Assembly (NCBI RefSeq): GCF_039654945.1
Contig: NW_027361692.1
Coordinates: forward strand, 21,018,001 to 21,082,000
Source of the DNA: Dendrobates tinctorius
Lineage: Eukaryota
DNA length: 64,000 nucleotides
Direction: 5' to 3'
This document shows, piece after piece, positions 36,877 to 48,915 of this stretch. Below the pieces are notes generated by a model. It was not told the DNA's origin. It was given only the letters and a program-made list of their open reading frames with translations, and searched no databases. The first letter of the stretch is position 1; every line of letters begins with the position of its first letter. The translations under genes and the position numbers were made by a program.

Positions 36877-38483
36877 CAGTGGGGAAAAAAAGTATTTAGT
36901 CAGTCAGCAATAGTGCAAGTTCCACCACTTAAAAAGATGAGAGGCGTCTGTAATTTACATCATAGGTAGACCTCAACTATGGGAGACAAACTGAGAAAAA
37001 AAAATCCAGAAAATCACATTGTCTGTTTTTTTTTCATTTTATTTGCATGTTATGGTGGAAAATAAGTATTTGGTCAGAAACAAGCAATCAAGATTTCTGG
37101 CTGTCACAGACCTGTAACTTCTTCTTTAAGAGTCTCCTCTTTCCTCCACTCATTACCTGTAGTAATGGCACCTGTTTAAACTTGTTATCAGTATAAAAAG
37201 ACACCTGTGCACACCCTCAAACAGTCTGACTCCAAACTCCACTATGGTGAAGACCAAAGAGCTGTCAAAGGACACCAGAAACAAAATTGTAGCCCTGCAC
37301 CAGGCTGGGAAGACTGATTCTGCAATAGCCAACCAGCTTGGAGTGAAGAAATCAACTGTGGGAGCAATAATTAGAAAATGGAAGACATACAAGACCACTG
37401 ATAATCTCCCTCGATCTGGTGCGCCACGCAAAATCCCACCCCGTGGGGTCAGAATGATCACAAGAACGGTGAGCAAAAATCCCAGAACCACGCAGGGGGA
37501 CCTAGTGAATGAACTGCAGAGAGCTGGGTCCAATGTAACAAGGCCTACCATAAGTAACACACTACGCCACCATGGACTCAGATCCTGCAGTGCCAGACGT
37601 GTCCCACTGCTTAAGCCTGTACATGTCCGGGCCCGTCTGAAGTTTGCTAGAGAGCATTTGGATGATCCAGAGGAGTTTTGGGAGAATGTCCTATGGTCTG
37701 ATGAAACCAAACTGGAACTGTTTGGTAGAAACACAACTTGTCGTGTTTGAAGGAAAAAGAATACTGAGTTGCATCCATCAAACACCATACCTACTCTAAA
37801 GCATGGTGGTGGAAACATCATGCTTTGGGGCTGTTTCTCTGCAAAGGGGCCAGGACGACTGATCCGGGTACATGAAAGAATGAATGGGGCCATGTATCGT
37901 GAGATTTTGAGTGCAAACCTCCTTCCATCAGCAAGGGCATTGAAGATGAAACGTGGCTGGGTCTTTCAACATGACAATGATCCAAAGCACACCGCCAGGG
38001 CAACGAAGGAGTGGCTTCGTAAGAAGCATTTCAAGGTCCTGGAGTGGCCTAGCCAGTCTCCAGATCTCAACCCTATAGAAAACCTTTGGAGGGAGTTGAA
38101 AGTCCGTGTTGCCAAGCGAAAAGCCAAAAACATCACTGCTCTAGAGGAGATCTGCATGGAGGAATGGGCCAACATACCAACAACAGAGTGTGGCAACCTT
38201 GTGAAGACTTACAGAAAACGTTTGACCTCTGTCATTGCCAACAAAGGATATATCACAAAGTATTGAGATGAAATTTTGTTTCTGACCAAATACTTATTTT
38301 CCACCATAATATGCAAATAAAATGAAAAAAAAAAACAGACAATGTGATTTTCTGGATTTTTTTTCTCAGTTTGTCTCCCATAGTTGAGGTCTACCTATGA
38401 TGTAAATTACAGACCCCTCTCATCTTTTTAAGTGGTGGAACTTGCACTATTGCTGACTGACTAAATACTTTTTTTCCCCACTG
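36877..38483 (+). mobile_element. Full-length Tc1 (IR/DR-type) transposon
   Basis: ~210-bp TIRs CAGTGGGGAAAAAAAGTATTTAGTCAG / CTGACTAAATACTTTTTTTCCCCACTG; TA TSD. Confidence 0.97.
37244..38266 (+). pseudogene. Tc1 DD34E transposase (340 codons) with a single nonsense codon
   Basis: Paired-like HTH, WSDETK, HDNDPKH...34 aa...DLNPIE; ORFs 37244-37750 and 37769-38266 are in the same frame, split by TGA at 37748-37750 (likely TGG>TGA). Confidence 0.95.
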
Positions 38484-40049
38484 TATGGGCTATCAGCGCA
38501 CTCAGGACAAATTGCACAACAACTTTTAGGTCCAATTTCTCCTGTTTCCCTTGGGAAAATGAAAAAAATTGGATCTGAATTATTTTTTAGTGAAAAAAGT
38601 TAAATGTTCATTTTTTTAAACATTTCAAAAATTCCTGGGAAGCATCTGAAGGGTTAATAAACTTCTTGAATGTGGTTTTGAGCAATTTAAGGGGTGCAGT
38701 TTTTGAATGGGTATTTTCTATCATATAGACCCCCCAAAGTGACTTCAAATGTGATGTGGTCCCAAAAAAAGGTGTTGAAAAACTGAGAAATCGCTGTTTA
38801 ACTTTTAACCCTTATAACTTCCTAACAAAAAAAAAATTTTGGTCCCAAAATTGTGCTGATATAAAGTAAACTTTAGGAAATGTTAATTATTAAGTATTTT
38901 TTGTGGCATATCATTGTGATTTAAGGGCATGAAAATTCAATGTTGGAAAATTGCGAAATTTTCAAAATTTTCACCACGTTTCTGTTTTTTCACAAATAAA
39001 CACAAGTCATATCAAAGAGATTTTACCACTAACATGAAGTGCAATATGTCTTAAGAAAACAGTGCCAGAATCACCAGGATCCATGTAAGCGTTCCAGAGT
39101 TATTACCTCATAAAGGGACAGTGGTCAGAAATGTAAAAATTGGCCAGGTCATTAACATGCAAACCACCCTTGGGGGTAGAAGGGTTAAACTGTAACATGT
39201 AAAGTGCTGCGGAATATGTCAGCACTATAGAAATAAAATGTATTAATATTATTAAACTGAGCTTAGGAGAAGTTCTTTCTTTTGATGCTGGAAGTCACAG
39301 AAATGACACCACCTTTCTATCAATAATATAAAATATTAATGACACTTTTGCCTGCAATTTCATTTTAAATTTCTAAATTAAAAGATTAAATTATCTTAGC
39401 TGCATAACTTATCATAATGTAGGAGAATAGTTTTTATTTACATAAGATAACACAAGTCTTATACTTTGTAGTCATATTGTATAATAGAAGTTATTCCCTT
39501 CACTCTAAAGTTTTTGCCTTTTTTATTTTAATACATACATTTTCTGTTTTAGGACAAAGGATCAACAGTGGCATCAAGTGGCCATAACAGTTAATCAACG
39601 AATGTCCTAGAGATATCCTTCGGGATATATTCCAGCATTAATTGCATTCCAAGACAATGACCTGAATGTATTTCAGTGCATGGTCATATAGCTGGTTGTT
39701 TAATGGTGTAATAATGTACTTTATATATAACCTTTAGTCATTTCAAAGGTATATTACTTTACTGTTTCTTAATTATTGAATTTTCATTAAAGAGCTTATA
39801 AGTGTCTGAGTTTTCAGAACATCTGTTATGTTTTTAATGGTGGGGTGGATCCGAATTTGCTATGAACAAGGAAATGCATGTAAGTTCAATTCAAAGCTTC
39901 ACAAAACTGGCAAAATAACTATTTATTTAAACAATAGAGTAATATTTAACACTAGATGGTGGCCCGATTCTAACGCATCGGGTATTCTAGAATATGTATG
40001 TAGTTTATTTATGAAGATTTAATAATAATGCAATAATGCACCCCCCTAT

Positions 40050-40661
40050 CCTGATATGCATGGTCCTCTCACCCCCAATCCTGATATGCTTGGTCCTCTC
40101 ACCCCCCATTCCTGATATGCATGGTACCCCTCACCCCCCTATCCTGGTATGCATGGTTTCCTCACCCCCCAATTCTGATATGTATGGTCCCTCTCGCCCT
40201 CCAATCCTGGAATGCATGGTCCTCTCACCCCCAATCCTGGAATGCATGGTCCTCTCACCCCCAATCCTGGTATGCATGGTCCTCTCACCCTTCTTTCCTG
40301 GTAAGCATGGTCGCCTCACCCCCCTATCCTGGTATGCATGGTCCCCTGACCCCCCAATCCTGATATGTATGGTCCCCCTCACCCTCCAATCCTGATATGC
40401 AAGGTCCCCTCACCCTCCAATCCTGGAATGCATGGTCCTCTCACCCCCCAATCCTGGTATGCATGGTCCTCTCACCCCTCTTTCCTGGTAAGCATGGTCC
40501 CCTCACCCCCCTTTCCTAGTATGCATGGTCCCCCTCACCCCCTTTTCTGGTACGCATGGTCCCGTCACCCCCTTTTCCTGGTATGCATGGTCCCATCACC
40601 CCCCTTTGCTGGTATGTATGGTCACCCTCACCTACTATTCCTGGTATGCATGGTCACCCTC
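40050..40661. repeat. ~30-bp minisatellite CCTGGTATGCATGGTCCCCTCACCCC (resumes at 49838-50075)
   Basis: Tandem units are directly visible. Confidence 0.9.
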
Positions 40662-41778
40662 GGTTTTAGGAAGTTTCGCCCCCAGCAGTTCATCCCCAGC
40701 AATTTGCCCCCAGCAGTTCACCCCCAGGTACATTTCACCCCCGCACATTTCGCCCCTATCATTTCACTCCCAGGAGGATTCGCCCCCAGCAGTTCGCCCC
40801 CAGCAGTTCACCCCTGGCAGTTCACCCCCGATTTTTTCGCCCCCAGCAGTTCGCCCCTGGATGTTTCGCCCCCAGTAGTTCGCCCCCGGATGTTTCACCC
40901 CCAGCAGTTCACCCCCGGATCGTTCGCCCCCTGATGTTTCTGCCCTAGCAGTTCACCCCCGGATGTTTCGTCCCTAGATTTTTTGCCCCTGGATGTTTCG
41001 CCCCCAGCAGTTCGCCCCCGGATGTTTCGCCCCCAGCAGTTCGCCCCTGGACTTTTCGCCCCCAGATTTTTCACCCCCGGCAGTTCACCCCCGGATGTTT
41101 CACCCCAGCAGTTCATCCCCTGATGTTTCGCCCCCGGATTTTTCTCCCCCGGAAGTTCGCCCCCGGATGTTTCGCCCCCAGCAGCTCACCCCCGGTAGTT
41201 TTCCCCGGAAGTGTGTACCCTGTTTTGCCCCCAGAATTTTGTGTTTGGATGTTTCGCCAGTTTGTCCTTGTGGTTCATGAATTCCCTTGCGTCATCAATT
41301 CATGCCACAAAAGTACTGTACAGAGTGCTGCACTTTTGTGACATTTTAAATCAGCTGTTTCTGTCTGTAAACCTCACAACTGATTGAATTATAGTGTCAG
41401 AGCATTTTGCCTGCAATTTTAACAAGACATTTTCCAAAACGTTTCTAAAACATTTTTGTGTTACAGAAACATACCAAGAAAAAAATAAACGGATTCAAAA
41501 AATGCAGTGTGAATGAGACCTGATTTAGGTGGGGAATGTAAACCACTCTAAACTCAAAACATTTTGTGAACTTTTACCTGATCCATCACTGACCTGCTTT
41601 TTTGCAAGTTTTGTTGCAGATGTAACAATTTTCATGTCAGGTGTACTGCAAGTTACATTAGACTAGCTTTTATTCCATCTTTACATCAGAATATAGCAGT
41701 GTCTAAAATCTCTACAAAGAGAGAGGTGTACTAGCACAAAAAATCAGTCAGCTTCCACAGCAATTCACTTTCTACAAG

Positions 41779-42222
41779 TATGAATTTGTTTTATCCAAAC
41801 GTGGGGAGAAGAAGTGGGTCCACGAGAATCACATTTACGTATTTTCCAAACGAACGGCTGACGATGTCTATTCCATCTGGGTGTGTGAAAAACAGTTGAC
41901 TTCCAAGTAACCAATCCCCACAACCACGCAGCACAAGCAGCAAGACCTGTAGCAATCTGACTTGTCAATGAGGCGCTCACCAGGGCAAGGACAACACAGG
42001 AGACACCACCACAGATTCTGACAGAAGTCATTTCAGGAGCCCATTCTAATGTTGTAGGACTTCTCCCAAAGAAAGCATCACTGAAGAGAACAATACGATT
42101 ATCAAGGCAACTTGGCAATATTCCAAGGTTGCCCCAAACCCTTGATCAACTTGTTATTCCCCAGGAGTTCCAGGGGATCAATATTGATGGTATCCAGCAG
42201 CAGTTCCTTCTGCATGACTCTG
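41779..42222 (+). pseudogene. FLYWCH-domain MULE (Phantom) transposase exon, disrupted
   Basis: Hand translation: YEFVLSKRGEKKWVHENHIYVFSKRTADDVYSIWVCEK (frameshift) VTNPHNHAAQAARPVAI*LVNEALTRARTTQETPPQILTEVISGAHSNVVGLLPKKASLKRTIRLSRQLGNIPRLPQTLDQLVIPQEFQGINIDGIQQQFLLHDS, ending at a G|GTAAG donor. Confidence 0.85.
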
Positions 42223-43569
42223 GTAAGCATTTAACATTTCCATTATATAGAATTATTGCAAAGTTTATATTGCGCAAATGTGAAAAATTATCTATTACAA
42301 AGTGCTGATATAGAATACTATGTGATTATTTTACCTTAAAGGGAAACTTTGTGGATAGTGTAATGTAGGATGAGGCCTACTGATTCCAACTATGCCTCAC
42401 TTGTTTAGTTGCAGTCTGATTCTGCCTTTGAGATACAGTGGCCTGCCATGTTCATAAGCACAGTGGCAACCTTGTCCACCAACCATGATTTGCAGGTATC
42501 CAGCCATTGTCAATCACAACCAGAGGACAAGGTTGTCGCATCAAAATCGTATCACTAGATGTCAATTTTAGTGTAGAATTTTCTGCTATAAATTAGTTGC
42601 AGATTGTCTGCTGCAACTACTTAGTGCATGTGAATGGACCTTAAGGATTCATTAACATGTCTCCTAACCTCTGCCCTGCCCCTTTAGCCATGCCCCCTGC
42701 TAACAGCCTGAAATGAAGTTCCAATGCTGAATTAGTGCTGGGAAGAGGGTACACCATGCCCCAGTAGGTGCCGGTCACTTACCGGAGCAAGGCAGGGGGT
42801 TAATTAATATTCACCACCTGCTTCCATACGCTGCTTTGATACAGGACCTGGAATGATGTATGCAATCATGTGATCGCACACGTCTCAGGATTTGCATTGA
42901 AGCAGAGTGAGGAAAGCAGCGCAGCAGCAGGCGGTGAGTATTAATTTATCCTTGCCATGCTCCAGGAGGAGACAGGCACCTATTAGAGCATGATAGATCC
43001 AGGGGGCCCGCTGTTCATGGTCGCATTACACCCCTTGGCGGCAGGCCCCTGATGGCCCGGGGGCAGTGGTGTCCCCTGCCTACATGGTAGGTACGCCACT
43101 GCTGCACTGCATGTCATTTTTTTAACTGTGCATTTTTTCATGAGCATGTGGATGGAATTTAGACATTTACGCTGCATATGACCCCGACCTAATGAACTGT
43201 TGAGTTAGTATGCTTTTTTTCACAAATAATTCTTACATGTTTGCTTGTTTTTCCTGATGTAAACCTTTTATTATCATGGAATTCTGCATTTTGCTAGTTT
43301 CTGCTGCCGTTATTCCTTTCACGACTTTGAAAATGTGACATTTTTGAAGCTTGAAACATTTTTAAACAGAAATATATCATTTTCCACTGGAACAATACAT
43401 GTCGTAGAAAAAACTATTGTTTAGTTCCTTCACACCTGATTTTGCTTCAATTTAACTTTTCTGCTATAAAATCAGAAAATCTGAAGAAAAATGTGAGTTT
43501 TTGATGTGAGATATGAACAACGGATGCTTCTGATTAGGAAAATTTATTGTGAATTCATCCCAAAATTCT

Positions 43570-43842
43570 CTGTCGCGCATCTGCCCTTTTTGAGCTGCAC
43601 CGAGTGCACATAATGCAACACAATGCATTTGGCGCACGTCGGCGCAGCACAAAAAGGGCGGATGTGCGGGCAAAAGTGTACCAGCGCACAACCAGCGTAC
43701 CCAATGCTAAGTATAGGGTATGCTGATTGCATGCAGCATCATGCGATCAGAGGAGGAGCTGACCGGAGGAGGCACGGCTGGGGCCAGAGCTTAGCGGCAG
43801 CCCTGCGCTGCACCCAGTAACGCTAGTGTGAAACTAGCCTAA
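43570..43842. mobile_element. Half copy of a Harbinger MITE related to 19451-19908
   Basis: Ends GTGTGAAACTAGCC|TAA; shares the ATGCTAA.ATAGGGT motif. Confidence 0.65.
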
Positions 43843-43992
43843 GTGTCCAAGAAAAAATATGCAACTCCAGGTAGAGAAAAGTTAATCCATGGGGCAGAAA
43901 TGACCAGAGTGCATATTAGAGATTTGAAAGCTAAGGTATAAGGAAGATATAAAAGAAATAGTGTTGCTACATTACCATAAGTAGTGACGGTA

Positions 43993-44148
43993 CCCCATCG
44001 CGCGTTTCGCATTTGCTTTTTCAAGGGGAGTGTATTTTTTAATATAATCAGGTAAAATTACATTTGGGTATCTTTTATACAGGGTGCCGATACCTCCTGG
44101 ACTAGCGCATCCGCCCCGACGTGCGTTTCGGTTCCTTTCTTAAGGGGC
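43993..44148 (-). ncRNA. Two tandem minimal hammerhead-like motifs (Penelope pLTR/retrozyme remnant)
   Basis: CCCC-TTGAAAA-AGCAAATGC-GAAA-CGCGCGAT-GGGG (43993-44028) and GCCCC-TTAAGAA-AGGAACC-GAAA-CGCACGTC-GGGGC (44113-44148); both have decayed cores. Confidence 0.6.
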
Positions 44149-44833
44149 CTGCTACCAACCAGGTGTCTCCATTATTTATATCTCCCAGCCGCAGCGTGGT
44201 ATACCGCGCGACCAGAAGTGACGCTCACCACCTGGATGTGACACGTCACATCCGGGTGGTGAGCATTACTTCCAGTCACGCAGACCAGAAGTGACCACGG
44301 TTATCTGATTATATTTGCGGAGTATTATTGTAATTATGGGTATGAGGGTTATTGCTAGGCAAGCGGCATTAATTTATGGTTGACATCTAGATCATAATCT
44401 GTGATGTGGCCTATACAGCTTGCCATTTAATTATGGCTATATTAATATTTGTAGTAGTTTATTATTAGGGCTTTCTCAGTTCTGCCCCTTGTAGCTGCAA
44501 TATATTGCTGGCAGTCCCTATGTCTATCCGTTTTTGTCTTAGCTGTCTCTTCCTGGATTTGCGCGTTTAATGAGTGACTGTGAGCAATGAGTGTATTATA
44601 TTTTTATACACACAAATAATTGCCTTGTCTTCATCCTTTTTCCTATGGTTCTGTGAGGTACCGACAGATGCGGAGGGTCCTCTTCAATCCTCTTCCATGC
44701 ACTTCCACATTGTGTGAATGTCATCGTTCCCGAGGGAATCACGTTCATTATTCCTAGCTAGGGATTCCCTTGATCAAGAAGATTCTCCACACAGGTAAGG
44801 ACCTCAGCAAAGGGGAGAGAAGCGATTTTTATT

Positions 44834-44946
44834 TTCTGATGAGCAAACTCCAAACATTGCCTGTTTTGGGTCGGCGTGGTTGAACCCGAGCAGGCAATGT
44901 TCGATACGAAACCTAAACTTTCCAGATCGGGTTTGCTCATCACTAG
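44834..44946. mobile_element. Tiny hAT MITE
   Basis: TGATGAGCAAA...TTTGCTCATCACTA, same TIR family as the other hAT MITEs. Confidence 0.6.
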
Positions 44947-45319
44947 ATATAGTATGATATGTAATGGATGACAAAAAGAAGCCATTAAGTGTAACACCAC
45001 TAGTACATGACAGTAAAATGATGGTCACTTGTCTTAGATCAGGGGTGTCAAACTCATATTCACCAAGGGCCACACCAAGTTAATGGATGTCCCTAAAGGG
45101 CCGTTTGTTACTAAAAGACCGGATGCACACAATCGAGTCCCGTCCAGAACATGCATTTCTCTGCACAGAGCAGTGCATGCCCCTGTATAAGGCATGTCAC
45201 GGTGGATCAGCTCTTTACCAAGCGCTGTCACATCTTCCCTGGATCTCACTGAAATCATGGAGAGCTATGGCTGCAGCTTCCAGTCACTTGTCCTTGTCGT
45301 TGGTGCTGAAAGCTGCTGA

Positions 45320-48071
45320 TAAACTGAAGCTGAAAGCTGCAGATGCACTCCGTATGCATCTATTCCCCCTCCAACCTCCAACTGGCTGTCATCTACCGCC
45401 CCCCGGAACTAGCCATCTCCACCTTTCTCGACCACTTCACCACCTGGCAACTCCATTTGCTTTCTGCTGACATCCCCATCATCATCATGGTCGACTTCAA
45501 CATCCCCATTGACACTTCCACCCCAGCTGCCTCTAAACTTCTATCGCTCACGGCTTCCCTTGGCCTCACTCAATGGTCCTCTGCGGCCACTCACAAAGAT
45601 GGTCACATGCTGGAGCTTATCTTCACCCGTCTTTGTTCCCTCACTAATCTCAATAACTCACCCCTCCCCCTGTCTGACCACAAACTACTGTCATTCTCTT
45701 CCCTCTCCTCTCCTACTGCGCATCCCCCGCTCCATAAACTCGCTCACCCTCGCAGGAATCTCAAACACCTCAATTTGCAATCACTCTCGGAGTCCCTTCT
45801 CCCTCTTACAGACATAGCTTCCCTTCATGACACAGATGCTGCTGCCACTTTTTATAACACCACAATAACAGCAACACTTGATTCAGCTGCCCCCCTCATG
45901 CAGAGCAAACTCGTACAATCAACAGGCAGCCCTGGCTGACCAGCCTGACCAAAGAACTGAGACAGTTTTCCAGGGCCGCTGAGTGGAGATGGAAGAGAAC
46001 CCATTCTACTGAGCACTTCAGCGCATACAAGCAGTCCCTTGCCAGCTTTAAGTCCATGCTCTCTGCTGCTAAACAAGCTTACTTCGCATCTCTCATATCC
46101 TCCCTGTCTCACAACCCTAAACAACTCTTCAACACTTTCAATTCTCTACTCTGTCCCACAGCACCTCATCCCCCTCCTCTCATTTCTGCTGAAGACTTTG
46201 CCTCCTTCTATAAGCAGAAGATCAACAAGATCAGACAAAACTTTGGCCCGCAGCCCCCAATGCCCCTCTTAGCCACTCAGCCCTGTTCTGCAAAAGCCAG
46301 CTTCTCCACTGTGACAGAAGATCAGCTCTCCACCCTTCTGTCCAGATCACACCTCACCACTTGTGCCCTCGACCCACTCCCATCTCACCTCATCCCTAAC
46401 ATGGCCACAATCTTCATCCCATCTCTATCACACCTCTTCAACCTTTCACTTACAAATGGTGGCTTTCCCTCATCCTTCAAACATGCCTCAATCACACCCA
46501 CCCTCAAAAAGCCCTCCCTTGATCCATCCTCTGTGTCTAACTATCGCCCGATATCTCTTCTCCCTTACGCCTCAAAACTACTGTACCAGCATGTATATCT
46601 TGAACTGTCCTCCCACCTCTCCTCCTGTTCCCTCTTTGACTGGTTACAATGTGGCTTCCGACCGCATCACTCAACTGAAACTGCCCTAACTAAAGTCACT
46701 AACGACTTACTAACCGCCAAGAGCAAGCGACACTACTCTGTCCTCCTTCTCCTGGACCTGTCCTCTGCCTTCGACACCATAGACCATTCCCTCCTGCTAC
46801 AGACTCTCTCATCTCTTGGCATCACAGACTTGGCCCTATCCTTGATCTCATCATACCTAACATTTAGTGTCTCCCTCTCACACACTACCTCCTCACCTCG
46901 CCCCCTGTCTGTTGGTGTTCCTCAAGGCTATGTCCTAGGACCCCTACTATTCTCCATCTACACCTTTGGCTAGGGACAGCTCATAGAATCCTACAGTTTG
47001 CAGTATCACCTCTATGCCGATGACACGCAGGTCTACCTATCTGGACCCAACCTCGCCTCCTTACTGACTGAAATCCCACAATGCCTGTCTGCTATCTCAA
47101 CCTTCTTCTCTGCTCGCTTTCTCAAACTGAACAAGAACAAAACAGAGTTCATCATCTTTCCCCCATCTCACTCTACCCCTCTACCAGACCTATCCATCAA
47201 TGTCAATGGCTGCTTTCTTTCCCCAGTCCCGCACGCTTGGTGCCTTGGGGTGATCCTCGACTCTGCGCTCTCTTTCAAACCACATATCCAAGCACTCGCC
47301 TCCTCTTGCTGCCTCAAACTCAAAAATATTTCCCGGATCAGCTCATTCCTCAACCACGAAACCACAAAAACACTATCATCTCCCGCCTCGACTACTGCAA
47401 CCGCCTACTCTCTGGCCTCCCCTCTAGCACTCTGGCTCCGCTCCAGTCCATCCTACACTCTGCTGTCTGACTAATCCACCTGTCTCCCCGCTATTCCCCA
47501 GCCTCGCCCCTATGCTACGCCCTTCACTTGTTTCCTATTGCCCAGAGGCTCCAATTCAAAACACTAACCATGACATACAAAGCAATCCACAACCTGTCCC
47601 CTCCATACATCTGTGACATGGTCTCTAGGTACCTACCCGCACACAACCTTCGATCATCTCAAGATCTCCTCTACTCCCCCCTTATCTCTTCTTTCCACAA
47701 TCACATACAAGACTTCTCCCGTGCTTCCCCCATACTCTGGGACTCTCTGCCGCAACACATCACACTCTCACCATCAACGGAAACCTTCAAGAAGAACCTG
47801 AAGACCCACCTGTTCTGACAAACCTACAGCCTGCAATGATCCTCGGTCTACTGAACCACTGCATGACCTGCTCTACCCTCTCCTACTGTATCCTCACCCA
47901 TCCCTGTAGACTGTGAGCCCTCACGGGCAGGGTCCCCTCTCCTTATGTACTTGTGTGTCCCTTGTCTTACACATGTTTATTATACTTGTCTATATTTCCC
48001 CTTTTCACATGTAAAGCGCCATGGAATAAATGACGCTATATAAATGCATAATAATAATAATAATAATAATA
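45320..48071 (+). mobile_element. L2 LINE, 5'-truncated (partial APE plus RT), degenerate
   Basis: AVIYRPP, DFNI, THKDGH.LEL, SDH; [46 protein letters not shown]; L2-type 3' end TGTAAAGCGCC...(TAA)n. Confidence 0.93.
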
Positions 48072-48391
48072 AACAGCTGGTTCAATGCAGAATACAACTG
48101 AACCCTATTCTTGGCCTAATCTGAGGAATGGGCATCAACAGAAAAAGGGATCCTGAAGTGAGAATACCACTTTTATCTGCTGCTCCATTCTCTGGTGTAC
48201 TGGCAGAGTGTTCTGTGAGGGCTAATCCCAAAACCCCCTTTCTGAAGACCTGATAAAGTGGTTCTGTAGAAGCTGGTTAACCACCACTTTAGTTCAGCAA
48301 AGCCAATATCTCAGTTCTGCAGAGATGGTTGGTGGGATTAACCCTGTAGTCAGTCAATAGTCCCCCTGCTTCAATACATTGCCTGCATTAA

Positions 48392-48915
48392 AGGGGTATT
48401 CTCATGCTGAACAGCAAAATAAGGCAGCATGCTTTCAGCAATTATGTTGTGGTAAGCAGGCTGCCGATCTTCCCCTCCTGGAACTTACCTAGAGGTCTTC
48501 TGCTCATCTTTGCCTGATCTTCTCCTGACCATGTGGGCTGGCGATCGCCATGCTGGATCCATAAGCCACCACGAGTTCTCTCCTTCCCAGCGTCCTCTTC
48601 TTCTGCTTGATCTCATCGCGGCACTGCACATGCGCAGCAGTGTTTTGGTGACAGGAGAGGCATCCTGCCCCCTGGATTGACTGATGAATGGGGCAGGAGT
48701 GATGTCATGTCAGTGAGGGGCCAGGAGACATTTGGCCTCACTGCCACAGCATTCTTCATGCTTCATGGATCAGTGATCCAGGCAAGATGAAAAGACAGCC
48801 AGAAGCAGGAGAAGACGTCACGGGGAACCGCTAGACTGCACTCCGGGACCCAAGAGCTGCAGCTGCGACAGGTAAGTATGTCAGTTTTTTTGTGTTCTAG
48901 GGTGGTAATATTCCT
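48392..48915. mobile_element. Kolobok/T2-type MITE
   Basis: TTAA|AGGGGTATT ... AATATTCCT|TTAA. Confidence 0.6.

Larger units (their letters stand above)
35203..39184. mobile_element. piggyBac-like non-autonomous element with telomere-like repeats and ~395-bp internal repeats, hosting a Tc1
   Basis: TTAA|CCCCTT at 35199-35208 and AAGGG|TTAA at 39180-39188; unit TTAGGCACATCAGGGGCT at ~35951, ~36340 and ~36740. Confidence 0.65.

Noticed and set aside
39553-39700. Exon after the acceptor TTTTCTGTTTTTAG, possibly a MULE C-terminus
   Set aside because: There are stops in all three frames, no recognisable motif, and it lies outside the Phantom TIRs.
40036-41341. Pro/Phe-rich ORFs (also 49064-50251)
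   Set aside because: They are artefacts of the Helitron minisatellite and the Phantom TIR subrepeats.
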